Positions 62,891 through 64,000 of a DNA stretch of 64,000 bases are shown here, piece by piece; position 1 is the first letter of the stretch, and each line of letters starts with the position of its first letter. Under the pieces are notes generated by a model. It ran no database searches. It was not told where the DNA came from and saw only the letters and a program-made list of their open reading frames with translations. The DNA lies in the NCBI GenBank assembly GCA_964016885.1, contig OZ024746.1, positions 81,096,001-81,160,000 on the forward strand. Direction: 5' to 3'. The DNA comes from Eledone cirrhosa. Its lineage: Eukaryota. A program made the translations under genes and the position numbers.

Positions 62891-64000
62891 CTTCTATAAA
62901 ATTCTATATTGATTTTTCATAAAGATTCTAAGCAGGATTACTAGTTGAAACTTATTCTTTTAAAATCTTATTTCATTAAATTGTGAGTATGGTAATAAAT
63001 TTAGTTTTAAGATTACAAGTTTTAAATTTTATTTAACCCTTGTGATACTAACATATTCTAACTGTCCCTTTAAATCTACTTGACTCCATAGTGAAATATA
63101 TTGGGTGACTAAATTTCTTGCCAACAAACACTAAAACTGAAACCTTACTAGAAACTAAAATAAAAAGGCATCTTTATTTCCCTTCTGTCTCCGTTTTTCT
63201 AGAGTTGAAATGACATAATCTTCATGTATCTATAATAATAATATTAATAGAATTCTTTTTAATGGTTGTGCAGGATCAACTTCTAAGAACAAGATACATC
63301 AGAAAACATACTGGTGGGGAAGTTGTGACAGATTAGTGTCAAATATGTAGGTCAAGGAATGTACAGGACCAACATAAAGGCAATATAAATTGTAGAGACG
63401 TGGCTTATCCATTTGGAACTTTGTCACAAGTTCAGCATAAATTGCTCCTAGAAATGGTATAATCATCAAGTTAAAAGGGTGATGGAAAATGAAACTGGGA
63501 TTTTCACACAGGGACAGACAAAGTCATTGAACACTGTAGGCCAGATATTGTTCTGCTTAATAGAGCTGAAAAAAGGTGTGACAATTCATTGTTCAATATG
63601 TGTATTACTAAATTTTGCCTCAGGTGTCAGGTTGACACTCGGAAAAATATGGGAAAGAAGGAGAATTCAAAGGAAGTTTCAAATAATAACAATCCAAAGT
63701 TAAGATAAGTATATTGTAAGAAAGTTAGTGAACAATAAATGGCCCTTCTACTATGATAGAAATTTTACCTTTATAGACTTAAAACAAAATTTGAATGCGT
63801 TTCTATAGGAAAACAAAACATTTTTTTCTTCTATACTACATAACTTAAGTGAAGTTAACTTTTCCTTGTGATGTCTGGCTTTCATCTAGGCTTACTCATG
63901 ACCTCCTGAAACTTGATATTGAGGTGGAGAAGGAATGCCCTCTACATTGAAGTAGAATAGGGAGAAGCTATCCTTCGCCGCCCCAGTCTTCACAAGTAAA

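Noticed and set aside
63273-63340. Terminal DLGAP exon after TGTGCAG (DQLLRTRYIRKHTGGEVVTD*)
   Set aside because: Weak acceptor and no resemblance to DLGAP-family C-termini.

Overview
AT-rich, microsatellite- and transposon-dense animal genomic DNA. The SINE families suggest a coleoid cephalopod, probably Octopus; this is an inference. Almost all ORF-track entries are noise from simple repeats. On the + strand, a DLGAP/SAPAP (GKAP, vulcan-like) gene has four phase-compatible coding exons (44479-44942, 56033-56138, 58197-58288, 60130-60282) and a candidate first coding exon at 24767-24779. On the - strand, a candidate divergent gene has exons at 21638-21808, 19919-19976 and 16260-16310. Both appear to start from a CpG-retaining region at about 24-27.7 kb. 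Mobile DNA includes a 3.5-kb internally deleted Helitron (5012-8542) carrying a PIF1 helicase pseudogene, an 11x27-bp array of NRF1-type GCGCATGCGC palindromes and a second Helitron nested in inverted orientation. There are also CR1-, RTE- and Tx1-type LINE 3' ends, three tRNA-SINE families, TTAA (piggyBac-type) and hAT MITEs, and Penelope/retrozyme-like remnants in microsatellites. One remnant contains an intact-looking minimal hammerhead ribozyme (21337-21379, - strand) and another a U3-A8 variant hammerhead (1372-1467). Two long foldback palindromes and a 20-bp tandem expansion of a SINE A-box region are also present. All calls were made by eye, without database searches.
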